Shown here one piece after another: positions 48,845 through 62,200 of a stretch of DNA of 64,000 nt. The notes under the pieces were generated by a model. It did not search any database. It was not told the origin of the DNA and saw only the letters and a program-made list of their open reading frames with translations. Numbering within the stretch: the stretch's first letter is position 1; each line of letters begins with the position of its first letter. Origin of the DNA: Haliotis cracherodii (lineage: Eukaryota); contig NW_027266275.1 of the NCBI RefSeq assembly GCF_022045235.1, forward strand, positions 12,586,001 through 12,650,000. Direction: 5' to 3'. The position numbers and the translations under genes are program-made.

Positions 48845-50703
48845 ACGGGAAACTGACGACATAGGGAAAAACTGACGATAAGCAGCGGAAACTGACGACA
48901 AACAGGGGAAACTGACAAGCTGGAAAAACTGACGACAGACAGGGGTAACTGACGACATAGGGGAAACTGACAAACAGGGGAAACTGACGACATAGGGGAA
49001 ACTGACGACAAGCAGGGGAAACTGACAAGCATGGGAAACTGACGACATAGGAGAAACCGACGACAAGCAGAGGAAACTGACGGCAAGCAGAGGAAACTGA
49101 CGACAAACAAGGGAAACTGACGACAAGCAGAGGAAACTGACGACAAGCAGAGGAAACTGACGACAAGCAGAGGAAACAGACGACAAACAGGGGAAACTGA
49201 CGACAAGCAGAGGAAACTGACGACAAGCAGAGGAAACTGACGACAAGCAGAGGAAACAGGCGACAAGCAGAGGAGAGGAAACTGACGACGAACAGAGGAA
49301 ACTGACGACAAGCAGAGGAAACAGACGACAAGCAGAGAAAACTGATGACAAGCAGGGGAAAGTGACGACAAGCAGGGGACACTGACGACAAACAGGGGAA
49401 ACTGATGACAAGCAAGGGAAAGTGACGACAAGCAGGGGAAACTAATGACAAACAGGTGAAACTGACGACAAGCAGGGGAAACTGACGACAAGCCTGGGAA
49501 ATTGACGACAAGCAGGGGAAACTGACGACAAACAGGGGACACTGACGACATCAGGGGAAACTGACGACAAACAGGGGAAACTGATGACAAGCCTGGGAAA
49601 CTGACGACAAGCAGGGGAAACTGACGACAAACAGGGGAAAGTGACGACAAGCAGGGGACACTGATGACAAACAGGGGAAACTGATGACAAGCAGGGAAAA
49701 TTGACGACAAACAGGGGAAACTGATGACAAACAGGGGAAACTGACGACAAACAGGGGAAACTGACGACAAACAGGGGACACTGACAAGCAGGGGAAACTG
49801 ACGACAAACAGGGGACACTGACAAGCAGGGGAAACTGACGACAAACAGGGGAAACTGATGACAAGCCTGGGAAACTTACGACAAGCAGGGGAAACTGACG
49901 ACAAACAGGGGACACTGACGACATCAGGGGAAACTGACGACAAACAGGGGAAACTGATGACAAGCCTGGGAAACTGACGACAAGCAGGGGAAACTGACGA
50001 CAAACAGGGGAAAGTGACGACAAGCAGGGGACACTGATGACAAACAGGGGAAACTGACGACAAACAGGGGACACTGACAAGCAGGGGAAACTGACGACAA
50101 ACAGGGGAAACTGATGACAAACAGGGGACACTGATGACAAACAGGTGAAGCTGACGACAAACAGGGGAAACTGACGACAAACAGGGGACACTGACAAGCA
50201 GGGGAAACTGACGACAAACAGGGGAAACTGATGACAAACAGGGGAAACTGATGACAAACAGGTGAAGCTGACGACAAACAGGGGACACTGAAGACAAGCA
50301 GGGGAAACTGACGACAAACAGGGGAAACTGATGACAAGCCTGGGAAACTGACGACAAGCAGGGGAAACTGACGACAAACAGGGGAAAGTGACGACAAGCA
50401 GGGGACACTGATGACAAACAGGGGAAACTGATGACAAGCAGGGAAAATTGACGACAAACAGGGGAAACTGATGACAAACAGGGGAAACTGACGACAAACA
50501 GGGGACACTGACGACAAACAGGGGACACTGACAAGCAGGGGAAACTGACGACAAACAGGGGAAACTGACGACAAACAGGGGAAACTGATGACAAACAGGT
50601 GAAGCTGACGACAAACAGGGGACACTGAAGACAAGCAGGGGAAACTGACGACAAACAGGGGAAACTGATGACAAACAGGGGTAACTGACGACAAACAGGG
50701 GAA
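48845..50703. repeat. 20-bp minisatellite (~90 copies)
   Basis: Unit CTGACGACAAACAGGGGAAA with recurring variant blocks. Confidence 0.97.
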
Positions 50704-52493
50704 AATGTGAACATTCACCTTAATCTCCGTTGCACGATTCTCAGAGAGACCCTTTGGGACTTACACTTATCACGAAAACAAAGAAAGTGTATCATTGTAG
50801 TGAATGGGGATTCGTCAAGGAGGTCCGAACCCTTTGAAATATTTACATATACCTGCCTGTGATTTAGCCACCAAAATTGATGGTTGCAATGCAAATATTT
50901 AAATAGGGATTCAAAGCTAAGGATTGTCGAAATTGTTTGTTACGGTCAAACCGTTGGTTCATCAAATATAATAACGTATTTGCTGGCGACCCTCAAGGCC
51001 CGGTTAACTTCCTCACGTTGGTTACATTGTGCAAAGCCAATTTATCGTGACAATAGCTGTGTTATGAATGGTACAATGCTCGCTTCAAGTCACACTGAAC
51101 GATGCTCAGAAACACAGAATAGAAACCGAAAAATGCTGACAGTTATAAAACCGCACCGCTTAACATAAGCATAAAATAATAAAGATTTCTATGTTATGCC
51201 TTTGTCTACAACTGAGATGAATTGTGCACCTAATCAACCTACATTCTCAGTTACGGTTTGCATGTGCGTGCGATTGTGCGTGCGTGCGTGCTTGCTTGCT
51301 CGTGTACATAATATTAACTGAGAATTAATATTAACTCATTCAGGTGTAGAGTACTTACTTAACATATTATTCATAATTGATGGTGGGGTAGCCTTGTGGT
51401 TAAAGCTTTCGCTCGCCACGCCGAAAATCCTGTTCGATTCCCCACATGGGTACAATGTGTGAAGCCCATTTCTGGAGCCCCCCGCCGTGTTGTTGCTGAA
51501 ATATTGCTAAAAGCGTCGAAAACACTCACTCACTCACTATCATTGATAAGCTATATCTAATAACTATAACACACCAAACCCTTAATCGATTCGAGACTCT
51601 GGACACAAGACACTGATCCATCAAGAATTATTTATCATCAGTTGGATCGTAAACAGGCTAGCGTTATCTTATTTCTATATTCTTGGCCGGCGGGGTAGCC
51701 CAGTGGTTAAAGCATTCGTTCGTACAGCCGAAGACCCGGGTTCGATTCCACACATGGGTACAATGTGTTGAGCCCATTTCTGGTGTCCCCCGCCGTGATA
51801 TTGCTGGAATATTTGCTAAAGGGGGCCTAAAACTACACTCATTCACTCACTTTTTCAATATTCTAAAGTTTCATTTTGTCGAAAACTGCGGACTAACTGA
51901 CGGGACAATCAAAGGTTCAATCAACCCTTTCATTACCTAGTTTCTAAGACCAGCAGGTATCACGGAGCAGCCCTCCCACAGTGACCACACGAAGCGTATC
52001 GACAAGCAAGCTGAACGACACAACGCCACGTATTGAGCGCGCTGTGACCAGCCATCAAACTCGCATTAATCAAAGCAACTAACAAGCGGAGAAAGCTTGA
52101 TCACCACCGATGTTGTGTCGCTCTTGACGGGCGCTCCGAATGGGGAATGCAATCTGTCCAGAGCTATATCGAATTTAGAAGCTGTGGTCGCTATTTTGGC
52201 AAGGCATGAGATTGATCACTCTCTCTATGTACTCATAATTAAACCAACGGCACACACAGATCCATGATAAAGTGGTTCATTTATATCTTATACCTCATGT
52301 AGACCCCTCAGCTTGTCATTTGTAGGCACAATGTTTGACATATTTGTTTCACACAACGTGATAATTATATGTTTGTTTGTTGCTAAAATTCCGCCCTCAG
52401 CAAAATTGCAGCTCCTAAAATTTGTTTATGTGGCAAAACCTTGAGATAGAGAGCCAGAAGGTGGCCCACTTGCAATTTAACTGCTTCTACTGC

Positions 52494-53369
52494 NNNNNNN
52501 NNNNNNNNNNNNNNNNNNNNNNNNNNNNNNNNNNNNNNNNNNNNNNNNNNNNNNNNNNNNNNNNNNNNNNNNNNNNNNNNNNNNNNNNNNNNNNNNNNNN
52601 NNNNNNNNNNNNNNNNNNNNNNNNNNNNNNNNNNNNNNNNNNNNNNNNNNNNNNNNNNNNNNNNNNNNNNNNNNNNNNNNNNNNNNNNNNNNNNNNNNNN
52701 NNNNNNNNNNNNNNNNNNNNNNNNNNNNNNNNNNNNNNNNNNNNNNNNNNNNNNNNNNNNNNNNNNNNNNNNNNNNNNNNNNNNNNNNNNNNNNNNNNNN
52801 NNNNNNNNNNNNNNNNNNNNNNNNNNNNNNNNNNNNNNNNNNNNNNNNNNNNNNNNNNNNNNNNNNNNNNNNNNNNNNNNNNNNNNNNNNNNNNNNNNNN
52901 NNNNNNNNNNNNNNNNNNNNNNNNNNNNNNNNNNNNNNNNNNNNNNNNNNNNNNNNNNNNNNNNNNNNNNNNNNNNNNNNNNNNNNNNNNNNNNNNNNNN
53001 NNNNNNNNNNNNNNNNNNNNNNNNNNNNNNNNNNNNNNNNNNNNNNNNNNNNNNNNNNNNNNNNNNNNNNNNNNNNNNNNNNNNNNNNNNNNNNNNNNNN
53101 NNNNNNNNNNNNNNNNNNNNNNNNNNNNNNNNNNNNNNNNNNNNNNNNNNNNNNNNNNNNNNNNNNNNNNNNNNNNNNNNNNNNNNNNNNNNNNNNNNNN
53201 NNNNNNNNNNNNNNNNNNNNNNNNNNNNNNNNNNNNNNNNNNNNNNNNNNNNNNNNNNNNNNNNNNNNNNNNNNNNNNNNNNNNNNNNNNNNNNNNNNNN
53301 NNNNNNNNNNNNNNNNNNNNNNNNNNNNNNNNNNNNNNNNNNNNNNNNNNNNNNNNNNNNNNNNNNNNN
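52494..53369. other. Assembly gap (N run)
   Basis: Continuous n. Confidence 1.
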
Positions 53370-53586
53370 TACAATTACTAGTACTACTACGACAACGACC
53401 ATGACTACTGTTCCCACTACAACTATTACTTCTTCTACTACTTCCGCTACTCATACTACCATAGCAGCTACTACAACTATCACATCTGCTACTACTAACA
53501 CAGCTACTACTATTACAACCACAACGGCAACTTCTACTTCTACCGCTACTACTACTTCTACTACTACTACTACTACTACTACAACT
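53370..53586. repeat. Degenerate (ACT)n microsatellite
   Basis: ACTACTACT runs next to the gap. Confidence 0.9.
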
Positions 53587-54251
53587 TTTTCACACATTGT
53601 ACCCATATCGGGAATCGAGCCGGGTCTCCAGTGTGAGTGAGTATAGTTTTACGCCGCTTTTAGCAATATTCCAGCAATATCTCGGCGGGGGTCACCAGAA
53701 ATGGGCTTCACTTATTGTACCCATGTCGGGAATCGAACCCGGGTCTTCGGCGTGACGAGCGAACGATTTAACCACTAGGCTACCCGACCGCCCTCCAAGG
53801 AATGAGATCTCTTGGGAGGGAAAGACAACATCGGCATCAATGTTCCCCAAATTTGTACATACAATAAAACAACAAAACAACAATGAGTCAACAAGCACAC
53901 GATGAGGAGCGCTCAAGCATCGATGTGATAACCTCCTGCCCTAAGGGTTGACGCTAAGATAAATTCTGGAAAGAAAATTATCAATCAAATATAATGAAAT
54001 TGTTGCCTGTTAAAGCAACAATCGGTAGCCAACTTTGTCGAACTGTGGAAACTTGGTATATGCAAAAGGGAATTTAACACAATGCCGACACCATTACAGA
54101 ACCAGACCTAATCAGGATTAGAAATTAACCACTTAATCACTCAACAAATGTTGAACGGAACACAAGACAATAACCTTATAAGCTTCAAAAACTACATTTA
54201 CAACGTCTACATTGTGTGTCAGTATATATTGTGTGTTCAAGTTTTAGTCTT

Positions 54252-55742
54252 TCAAGGCAAAAGATACTCCTTCACTTTCCCATCAACACCGACAAATAGG
54301 TGTCTCTCATTGTAAAGATGCAATGCAGTGAGAGAAGCCAGTCCATCCTCTGGCACAAGAACATCCTTGACATACTGCCCAGACTCTGTCAGCTGTATCA
54401 CCCTGTTGGCTTCACCGTCTGCCAGGAGGATGTCTCCAGTTCGGGTAGTCTTCACAGCGACTGGTTTGATGAATGCGCCGTCCTCAGCGGGGCTCTGGTC
54501 CCACAATAAATCACCCTGTTGTGTCATGCTTACAAGAGACTTCCTCTTCCAGTTGGCTAGGAGGATGTTTCCATTACTGGTAACACACAACCTATAATAT
54601 CCACCTTTGTCACGTTCGAATGGAGACGGGAAGGTTTTGACTATATTTATTTCCTTCTCCTTCCTATCCAGGATATCAACGGTACCAGTGTCATACCTGC
54701 AACCTACTAGCGTGGAAGGAGTTAACACACGTAGGCCTACGTAACGGTACATGCTTTCGATTTCAGAGAGGCAAAGGAGGTCAGGTGTGACAGCCAGTAT
54801 TAATATTCTATGGGTTTCAGGGGCAGACACCATCACTTGGTTGTGCTCCAGCTGTGTCAAATCATAAGGCATGGCCACACCATATTCGCTATGACACGAT
54901 TCGTTATTCTTGGTGTAGAAGGATTTCACAGATCTATTGAGACAGTCGGATACAACAATTGTCTTGATTCCTTCCACATCGAGGACGATGATATCAAATG
55001 CGTAGCCAGTCTGTCTGAAGTCTTTCTTTAAGGCAACATTAGTGGTACTTAGAAGCGTAGGACGACACGAGCGGTCATGTAAATCCTGGAATGTAAGATC
55101 CAGCCGACCAAATGAAAGGTCATCAAAAACCTTCTTGACATTTTCAGAGTCTTGTGAGACGGAGACATCGTGTATAAGACGCACAACCTTGTCTTCATCC
55201 TCTTTCTGTCCTGACAGAAGCTTTTGATGAGCAGGGTATAGTTCCATCCAGTCGTTGTTGTCGAGCATCTTCTTGAGAACAAGATTGTTTTGATTGATCG
55301 ATTGGATGTCTGTTTCATTTTGCCTCACATCATCAGATAGCAGCCCAAACTGCTTCTCAGAGACTCCCTCAAGTCCGTCCATTAACTGTTTCTCTTTCTG
55401 TCTGAACTGACTGATGATTGCATTGCTGACACATCGTATTTCTGATTGAATGCGTGTTCTTGTCTTCCTTGACTCGGCAATGCTTGCCTTTATTCTCTGT
55501 ATATTTTGATGTTTCATTTGGATTGTTCTGGAGATTGATTTTCTCTTTTCGGATAAATCAAGATCTGATTTCGTGGACTGAGTGCTGACACCATCTTTGC
55601 ATGTTGCTTGTTCTTCTTCTGAATCTGGGCAACATTCCCTGCTTTGACCTTGGTATGGTTCCTGTGACTTCTTCGTTTTCACTACGTTTGATCCTCCAGT
55701 ATTTCCACAACTTCTTTTTTCCCCCGATCGTGTCGTAGGCAT
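54252..55742 (-). CDS. Coiled-coil + NHL/six-bladed beta-propeller protein (TRIM2/3/56/71-like C-terminus, no intact RING/B-box), 496 aa
   Basis: Uninterrupted ORF; heptad-rich segment then NHL-like repeats (IVVSDCLNRSVK, VTSNGNILLAN, TRTGDILLADGEANRVIQLTESGQYVK); candidate 5'UTR acceptor ~55843 and donor ~56113. Confidence 0.85.
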   Translation of the reverse strand: MPTTRSGEKRSCGNTGGSNVVKTKKSQEPYQGQSRECCPDSEEEQATCKDGVSTQSTKSDLDLSEKRKSISRTIQMKHQNIQRIKASIAESRKTRTRIQSEIRCVSNAIISQFRQKEKQLMDGLEGVSEKQFGLLSDDVRQNETDIQSINQNNLVLKKMLDNNDWMELYPAHQKLLSGQKEDEDKVVRLIHDVSVSQDSENVKKVFDDLSFGRLDLTFQDLHDRSCRPTLLSTTNVALKKDFRQTGYAFDIIVLDVEGIKTIVVSDCLNRSVKSFYTKNNESCHSEYGVAMPYDLTQLEHNQVMVSAPETHRILILAVTPDLLCLSEIESMYRYVGLRVLTPSTLVGCRYDTGTVDILDRKEKEINIVKTFPSPFERDKGGYYRLCVTSNGNILLANWKRKSLVSMTQQGDLLWDQSPAEDGAFIKPVAVKTTRTGDILLADGEANRVIQLTESGQYVKDVLVPEDGLASLTALHLYNERHLFVGVDGKVKEYLLP

Positions 55743-56732
55743 CGTGTTGACGTGTGAAGAGACACAATCACTGCTTAATGTACAGTAACGTTATGTCACC
55801 TCACTAAGGTGTGTCAGCTTGACTGGTAGCAGGACAGTTAACCTGTAAATGACAAAAACAGATGTTAAAGGTGTATTGTTGTAGGCGTGAGTGAGGCGTC
55901 TTATAGACCTGTAGTTATAGAAGGGTGTCTATAATAGTTTGCTGTCATATCTTCTTACACGACAACTGCTGTTACTGAATGTGTACAGTCTACGGAGACA
56001 CACATCTACTCACTATGCAGAGTTGTATCCCTTATTCACTCGTTCGCTTTTTACAGTTCATTATATTTACGGTAGAGAAGCACAGGTAGATAATAATCGC
56101 CATATATTTCCTACCTGAATTACAATGTCTGGTGCGGACTGCTGCGTTTGATTTGAGGTGCCGTATTGTCGTCATACGTTTGTCCATACAAACATTAGAT
56201 ACTTTCTACACATGATTAGTGTCCTTGTGACCTTAACCACATGACAGTCATATGAACAACTCCATTGTGAAAAGATGGCCTTTGCACTTGTTTGCACAAT
56301 TATCAAACCTATCAGTTTGTCTGTGATACGCCTCTTCACCCGCGTTGATGTCATGTGCCTTATTTTCCCTAGTTTGTGCTACATTTTGCTGTAAGAGACC
56401 GGCCGTTTGATATCCACACCACCCCGTCCCACCCATCCCCACCCCACCCCACCCCACCCCGCCCCACCACACACTATCCATCCCACCACACCACACCCTA
56501 CCTATCCCGACCAACACACCCCACCCCCGAGTGTCAAATAGCAGAATAGGTCGCAAGTGTATCAAGCTTGTAATTCATAACATATTAACATACATGTCGG
56601 TATCTGTGACTTGACTGTTTCGTTGTTACCGCGTCCTGGTGGGCTCATGCTAAAGCATTCAATCGAATTCTTACAGCTGGAGTAGTAAGCCTGCAGCGTT
56701 AACAATAATCCAGTTGTACAACAGATTGGGTA

Positions 56733-56890
56733 NNNNNNNNNNNNNNNNNNNNNNNNNNNNNNNNNNNNNNNNNNNNNNNNNNNNNNNNNNNNNNNNNNNN
56801 NNNNNNNNNNNNNNNNNNNNNNNNNNNNNNNNNNNNNNNNNNNNNNNNNNNNNNNNNNNNNNNNNNNNNNNNNNNNNNNNNNNNNNNNNN
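56733..56890. other. Assembly gap (N run)
   Basis: Continuous n. Confidence 1.
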
Positions 56891-57710
56891 TATAAGTGCA
56901 ACAATCTTGGACGCGCCGTTAACCCCCATTTCACCTCACCACCTATGCATTGATATGCCCTTGAGTCTCTGTGAGAAGAAACACCTCCCTCCTGTTGTTC
57001 CACCCTAACAGAAGTGTGTCCCCTGTGTTGATCCCACTCGGCTCGTCACAGTGGGCGCAACCCTGCTGGGGTCGTGCTTCCAAACCACGTCACCCTCGGG
57101 TGTTTCTCAAAGTCCGTTGGTTAGGGGGATGGAGTTATATGGGAGATAGATAGGTAGGTAGGACATAATTAATAACTTTCTTAACAGCATTTTATTTTTC
57201 GGTATTTGATTGATCAAAGAAGTCTTTTCAAGACATTCTTTGAAACCAGATCAACTACAGCGAAACTACATGATCTCCATTTATTTCGGCATATCGCTTA
57301 AATCGATGTAGTTTCAGGACAACGCCAGAATTACTTCTACTAATCATTATATATATATGGATGTACCAGCTTGTTTCGAATCGTTATTTTTTCATGTATT
57401 TGTGTGGTCTCTACGGGATTTCAATGTACTCACTAAACCAAATAAATAAACACTTAGCAGAACTAGTACACATCTCTGAGGATGACACACACTGCCTTTA
57501 TTTGTTGGGTGTTGACATAAATCATGCCAGTGCAGCGGGTCTTGAACACCTATGCCATGGTATTGGTGTAGGCTTTATGCCTAATATCGCTCAAGGGAAT
57601 GCATCCAAGTTTTTTATGTCTATGCTTGCACCCATGAAACACGACCAGTAGCCTTCGTCAATAATATGAAGGTTGTGACATGTGTGCAGGATGAAGTAGG
57701 TATCATTGCT

Positions 57711-59231
57711 TCATCCTGCCTTCATCTTCTGCTCGGTGAAGGCAAACTCTTTGATATCATCTCCGTCACACACGAATAAATGCCCACGTTTATCAAGACT
57801 AAGTCCAGATGGGTTGTGAACCCCTTGATCCGGCGTAAGGACATCTCTGACAAACTCCCCCGTATCTGTGAGCAGGACCACCTTCCTGACGCTGTTTAAC
57901 GAGCCGGACACAAGGATGTCCCCTGTGCTGGTCTGGATGATCCCATCTGGATTCTCTACGGATGGCATACACCTGCTGGGGTCGTGTTTCCACACCAGAT
58001 CACCCTCGGGTGTCATGCAAAACACAGAGTTCGCTTTTCCGTCTGAGACAACGATGTTGCCGTTGTTGTTCACGAAGAGGTACGCAGAGTATTGGATGAG
58101 GGAATTGCTTATTGATCTCATTACGTTGCCATCCATATCAATAATGTCAACACAGTAGCCAGTCCCGTATTGTCCACCTCCTGCTACTAAAGTTGTAGGG
58201 CTGAGAACGGCAACACTGTAGTATCGCCCACATGGGATGGTTGAGAGCAGCGTCAGCTCAGGGGTCACTTCTACAATGACAAGCTGGGCAATCTTCGGTA
58301 GAGCTATTATCACCCTGTTCTCCTTTAGATGTGTTATCCCGTGTGGGTAATGCTCCAGTGGAAGAACGCTAAAGCAAGGACCGTTGTTTCCTGTGTAGAA
58401 AGATATCAGTTGGTGGTTTCTACTATCGGTGACGACAACTATATCCATTCCATCAATATCGAGAACAGTAACATCTTGTGCAAGTATTGCATGGGCTTTC
58501 TCATCCAAAGATGTGCAGTTGATCGTGTTGACCAACGTTGGTGTATATAAGGGGTTATCGCGATACGTGAAATCTACCTTCGCCAGCTGCAGGTTGTCAA
58601 CGGCTTTGTCAACTTTCTCCGAGTCCTGATTGAATGTGATTGTGTTTATTGGACGTATAACGTCCGCGTTACTCATCCCTTCCTTAAAATCCATTACTTC
58701 TGCCAGAAAACTCTGATACTTAGCCTTATCGCCATCGTGCACAGCTTTGTTGATGAAGTCAGATTGCTGTTTGCAAATGTGCAACTCAGCTTCTTCTTTC
58801 AACAAGTCAGCATTCAGCTGCTGGAGCTGCTTCTCCGTCACTTCCTCCAACTCTGTCATCATCTTCTCCTCCTTATGTTTAATCCTATCCACGGCATTCG
58901 CGACAATTACAGCAATGCTATCTTGGTTGGATTCTTTACGTTCACGGGCCTCCGTGATGACTCTCTGTTGACGTTGCACGTAAGTTGACCGTTCATCTAC
59001 TCGCTTGGACAATGTCCCCACTTGGTCCTGCAGGACATCCTTGAGTTCTGACGTCGTCGGTTGGGTCGTAGCAACGCCGGCATTGGATTGTTGATACTGC
59101 TCACTTGTTCCTGTTTTATCAACACTTGGCGATTTGGGATTCCTTCTGATTCGACCCGTCTTCACTTCAACCCCCGTAGCTGGGTCACTGAGGATAAGGT
59201 CACGTTTTCGACTGGAACGAGTTTGAGGCAT
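57711..59231 (-). CDS. Paralogous coiled-coil + NHL beta-propeller protein, ~506 aa from MPQTRS
   Basis: ATG at 59231; IVVVTDSRNHQL, NNNGNIVVSDG, PDGIIQTSTGDILVS, PSGLSLDKRGHLFVCD; colinear with the 54252-55742 protein. Confidence 0.85.
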   Translation of the reverse strand: MPQTRSSRKRDLILSDPATGVEVKTGRIRRNPKSPSVDKTGTSEQYQQSNAGVATTQPTTSELKDVLQDQVGTLSKRVDERSTYVQRQQRVITEARERKESNQDSIAVIVANAVDRIKHKEEKMMTELEEVTEKQLQQLNADLLKEEAELHICKQQSDFINKAVHDGDKAKYQSFLAEVMDFKEGMSNADVIRPINTITFNQDSEKVDKAVDNLQLAKVDFTYRDNPLYTPTLVNTINCTSLDEKAHAILAQDVTVLDIDGMDIVVVTDSRNHQLISFYTGNNGPCFSVLPLEHYPHGITHLKENRVIIALPKIAQLVIVEVTPELTLLSTIPCGRYYSVAVLSPTTLVAGGGQYGTGYCVDIIDMDGNVMRSISNSLIQYSAYLFVNNNGNIVVSDGKANSVFCMTPEGDLVWKHDPSRCMPSVENPDGIIQTSTGDILVSGSLNSVRKVVLLTDTGEFVRDVLTPDQGVHNPSGLSLDKRGHLFVCDGDDIKEFAFTEQKMKAG

Positions 59232-62200
59232 CTTTGAACTGTTGAGTAAAAATACACTACTCAACGAAATCAGCGATGAAAATATTGCAATACGTTATTT
59301 CAGATTAATGGTGTAGTCAGATTGGTCTACAACACCATCGACTGTTGCACGGCCAAGATAACACATAGGTCATGCAGCGTTCAAAGGTCACTTTGTGGAG
59401 CGACATACATAACTGTGTAGAAGTAGGTTAGCCCACGCCACTGCATTGTTAGCGACGTTCATGTACGCAACACCTGTATAGAGAAACAGCGGCTGGACGT
59501 ATTTGTGTCTGTGTTTCCCGTCTCCCGACCTTCCTCAGTGAAATAACATAAAGCTTTCTTATCCCAATTTCTTCCGTCGTGTGAAACTGCAATAGCAAAA
59601 AATACTCCTACCATTTCCCACTTTAAAAAAAGACAGGTCATCTTTTTCCAGCTAGTGTTATTAAAAAATCGTTTCCGAAGTAAAGTTACTCGATTTGCAT
59701 CATAAATAAATTGAACGACTAATACCAAGTTTTCTCAATATTGATATGTCAACAAAGAGTTAATGTTTTGTGATAAAACAGTATTTATCTATTTATATAT
59801 ATGAATATATATTTGTTGCCATCCCGCCCTCTTAATCGTTGAGGTTGGAGATGAGAAACACACACAAAAAATATGGATGACCTTAATGGTATCGACTGAG
59901 AGTACATGGTTTCGCAAGTAGCCAACGTAACGATGGTGTCCTTACCTGTATGGTTGGTGTATGTCAGAAAGGAATGTATTCTGCGCAGTGTGCTCGCAGT
60001 ATTCAGATCCTCTACAGACGAAGTTGTCTGTCGCACTGTTTCAGCAAGAGCAGGTCGGGCTGTAACCTAATTCAAAACGAAACGCCCGTCACTGATAAAA
60101 TGATATGTCGTATCTTGTACCAAGCAAGGCAGGATTGTGATGCAAGACTCACCGGCAGATTACGGGTGCAACATAACATTTTTATTGTATATTGACGCTT
60201 ACGTAAAATACTCATATGTTACAATATGTTATCCCCTAAATTATGTTGAAATCATCGCAAAACATACACCAACAAATAGCCACGAGTATCAATAATAACA
60301 ATACCGTTGAATAATTAAAAACAAAATAATGAAGTGCTTTGCAAAATTGCAAGGCCACTTTTATGCATCAGCGCATTGGCAACGATCGTTTAAATAAGAA
60401 CTAATGCCAGTGCGTCGAAAGTATGACGATATGTTTTGTATATTTTGGAATTTAATGTTAAACATTACGGATATCCACTAAGACATTAATACCAAGATTA
60501 CATTATACAATTCTTCAGTCTTCACCGTGTCTTAAGATATAGTCACTTTACATTTTTCTACATATTGTTGTTGATACTAACGTCTTCAGTATTTTCGCAA
60601 AAAGTGACGGGATAGAATGAATTCTTGGGTGAACCATGTGAGTCTTTTACGACCGCTTAGAGCAGTTTACTCTTCATTCAAATGCTGTAACGCTCAGTCA
60701 ATGTGTCTTTGAAACCTAAATGGAAGTCCAAACATAAGTATCAGATAAAACACCTATTGTAGTTACTCGTGTCAAGGTCAAAGACTATGACAGACAACAC
60801 CCCGTTAAAGGCTACTCGGGGTATACTAATTACAGCAACTCTCACACATGATACTGTCGGTATCTGAGTTGTCGCTCAGTGTTAAATAGAGAACAGAAAA
60901 ATAGAGTAGCCTCCCTTACTACTTAAAAGTGTTTAAAGAGAACGTTTGTAATTCGCGGGACCTGGAAGTGAGTGAGTGAGCGAGTGAGCTGGGCTTAGAC
61001 ACCGCTTTGAACAGTATTTAAGTTGTATCAGGGCAAGTCAACTTGATGGAGTTTACCAACGAGAAGGGGTATGGTGCCGACAAACCAAGAAGCATAATCA
61101 GGGCTAATCTGGGATTCGAACCAAGGATGGATCGTAGGTTTTTGGCACTCCTAACTGACTCAACTAGGCAGAGCGAATTGCGACGCCTTCGACGACAGGG
61201 CCTCCAGTGTGAATGGACATTGGTTTTAGTCACTCAAAGCAACATTACAGTAATATCACACAGGGTACAGCGACGGCAACAACGGCGATTACAGCGATGC
61301 ATTTCTCCACATAAAAAATCGAATTCCCTCCCTCATACCAATGTCTATCCCGTGTGCACATTTCTTGCAGCACCTCATGGAAATATATTTTATCGAAATG
61401 CATGACAGTTTTATTACCTCAATTCTAAAGAAGATACATGCATATCGGCGGGTTTATGATTTCATCTCCCCGAGGGTTGTAAGTTTGTAGCCTACTATGG
61501 ACATTTGAGACTAAACATAAAATCAAAATCCATTGTCTTTTAAAAAACGATAATCAGTGTTATGTCCGACTGCCTCTGTGGTCCAGAGCATCGGCGTCTG
61601 GCTCGATCTCCGGCCGCATCATACCAAAAGAAGTTTAACGTTGTTTTTTGTTGTTACACTGCCTGTCACTTGGCATTAAGGGGCTAAAACAAGAACTGGT
61701 CGATTCTTTATATTTTCCTTTAATAATTCTATTCATGCGAAATTTGAAAGACAGATTTTTTTCCTTAAACATTTTCTTGTCCGCACCTATATTTTCCGGT
61801 CCTTAAGTCCCAGTTCTACAAAGCGATCGTAGCGCTAAGGTGATCATTACTTCTTGATCCATACTTTAACATGGACAGTCGTAGTGTTAAGATCACTTTG
61901 TAGAACAGGTCCCTGGTCCTATAGGAATTAGCTTTTAAGCACGTTTAGTCAAAGAAATCAGACCAATAAACCTAACATCCTTTAAGCCAGGATGACCTGG
62001 CCTCCAGTAAAACACGATGTCTGACCTCCTTAGCACCGTGATGGTCTGGCCTCCATTAAACCACGATGGCCTTACACCCTTAAAAACCACTGTGGTCTGA
62101 CCTCCATTCAGGATGGGACTACCTCAAATTTCCAAACACAGCGGGTTTATCTCCATTCTACCACGACAAGAGGGTTTCAAAGCGGTGCGCTCTTGCAAGG

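Noticed and set aside
48785-50718. Cys-rich ORFs of 200-410 aa on the minus strand
   Set aside because: Translations of the 20-bp minisatellite in all frames, with no domain or splice support.
52383-53640. ORFs across the N gap and a Thr-rich mucin-like ORF
   Set aside because: Artefacts of Ns and an (ACT)n microsatellite running into a SINE fragment.
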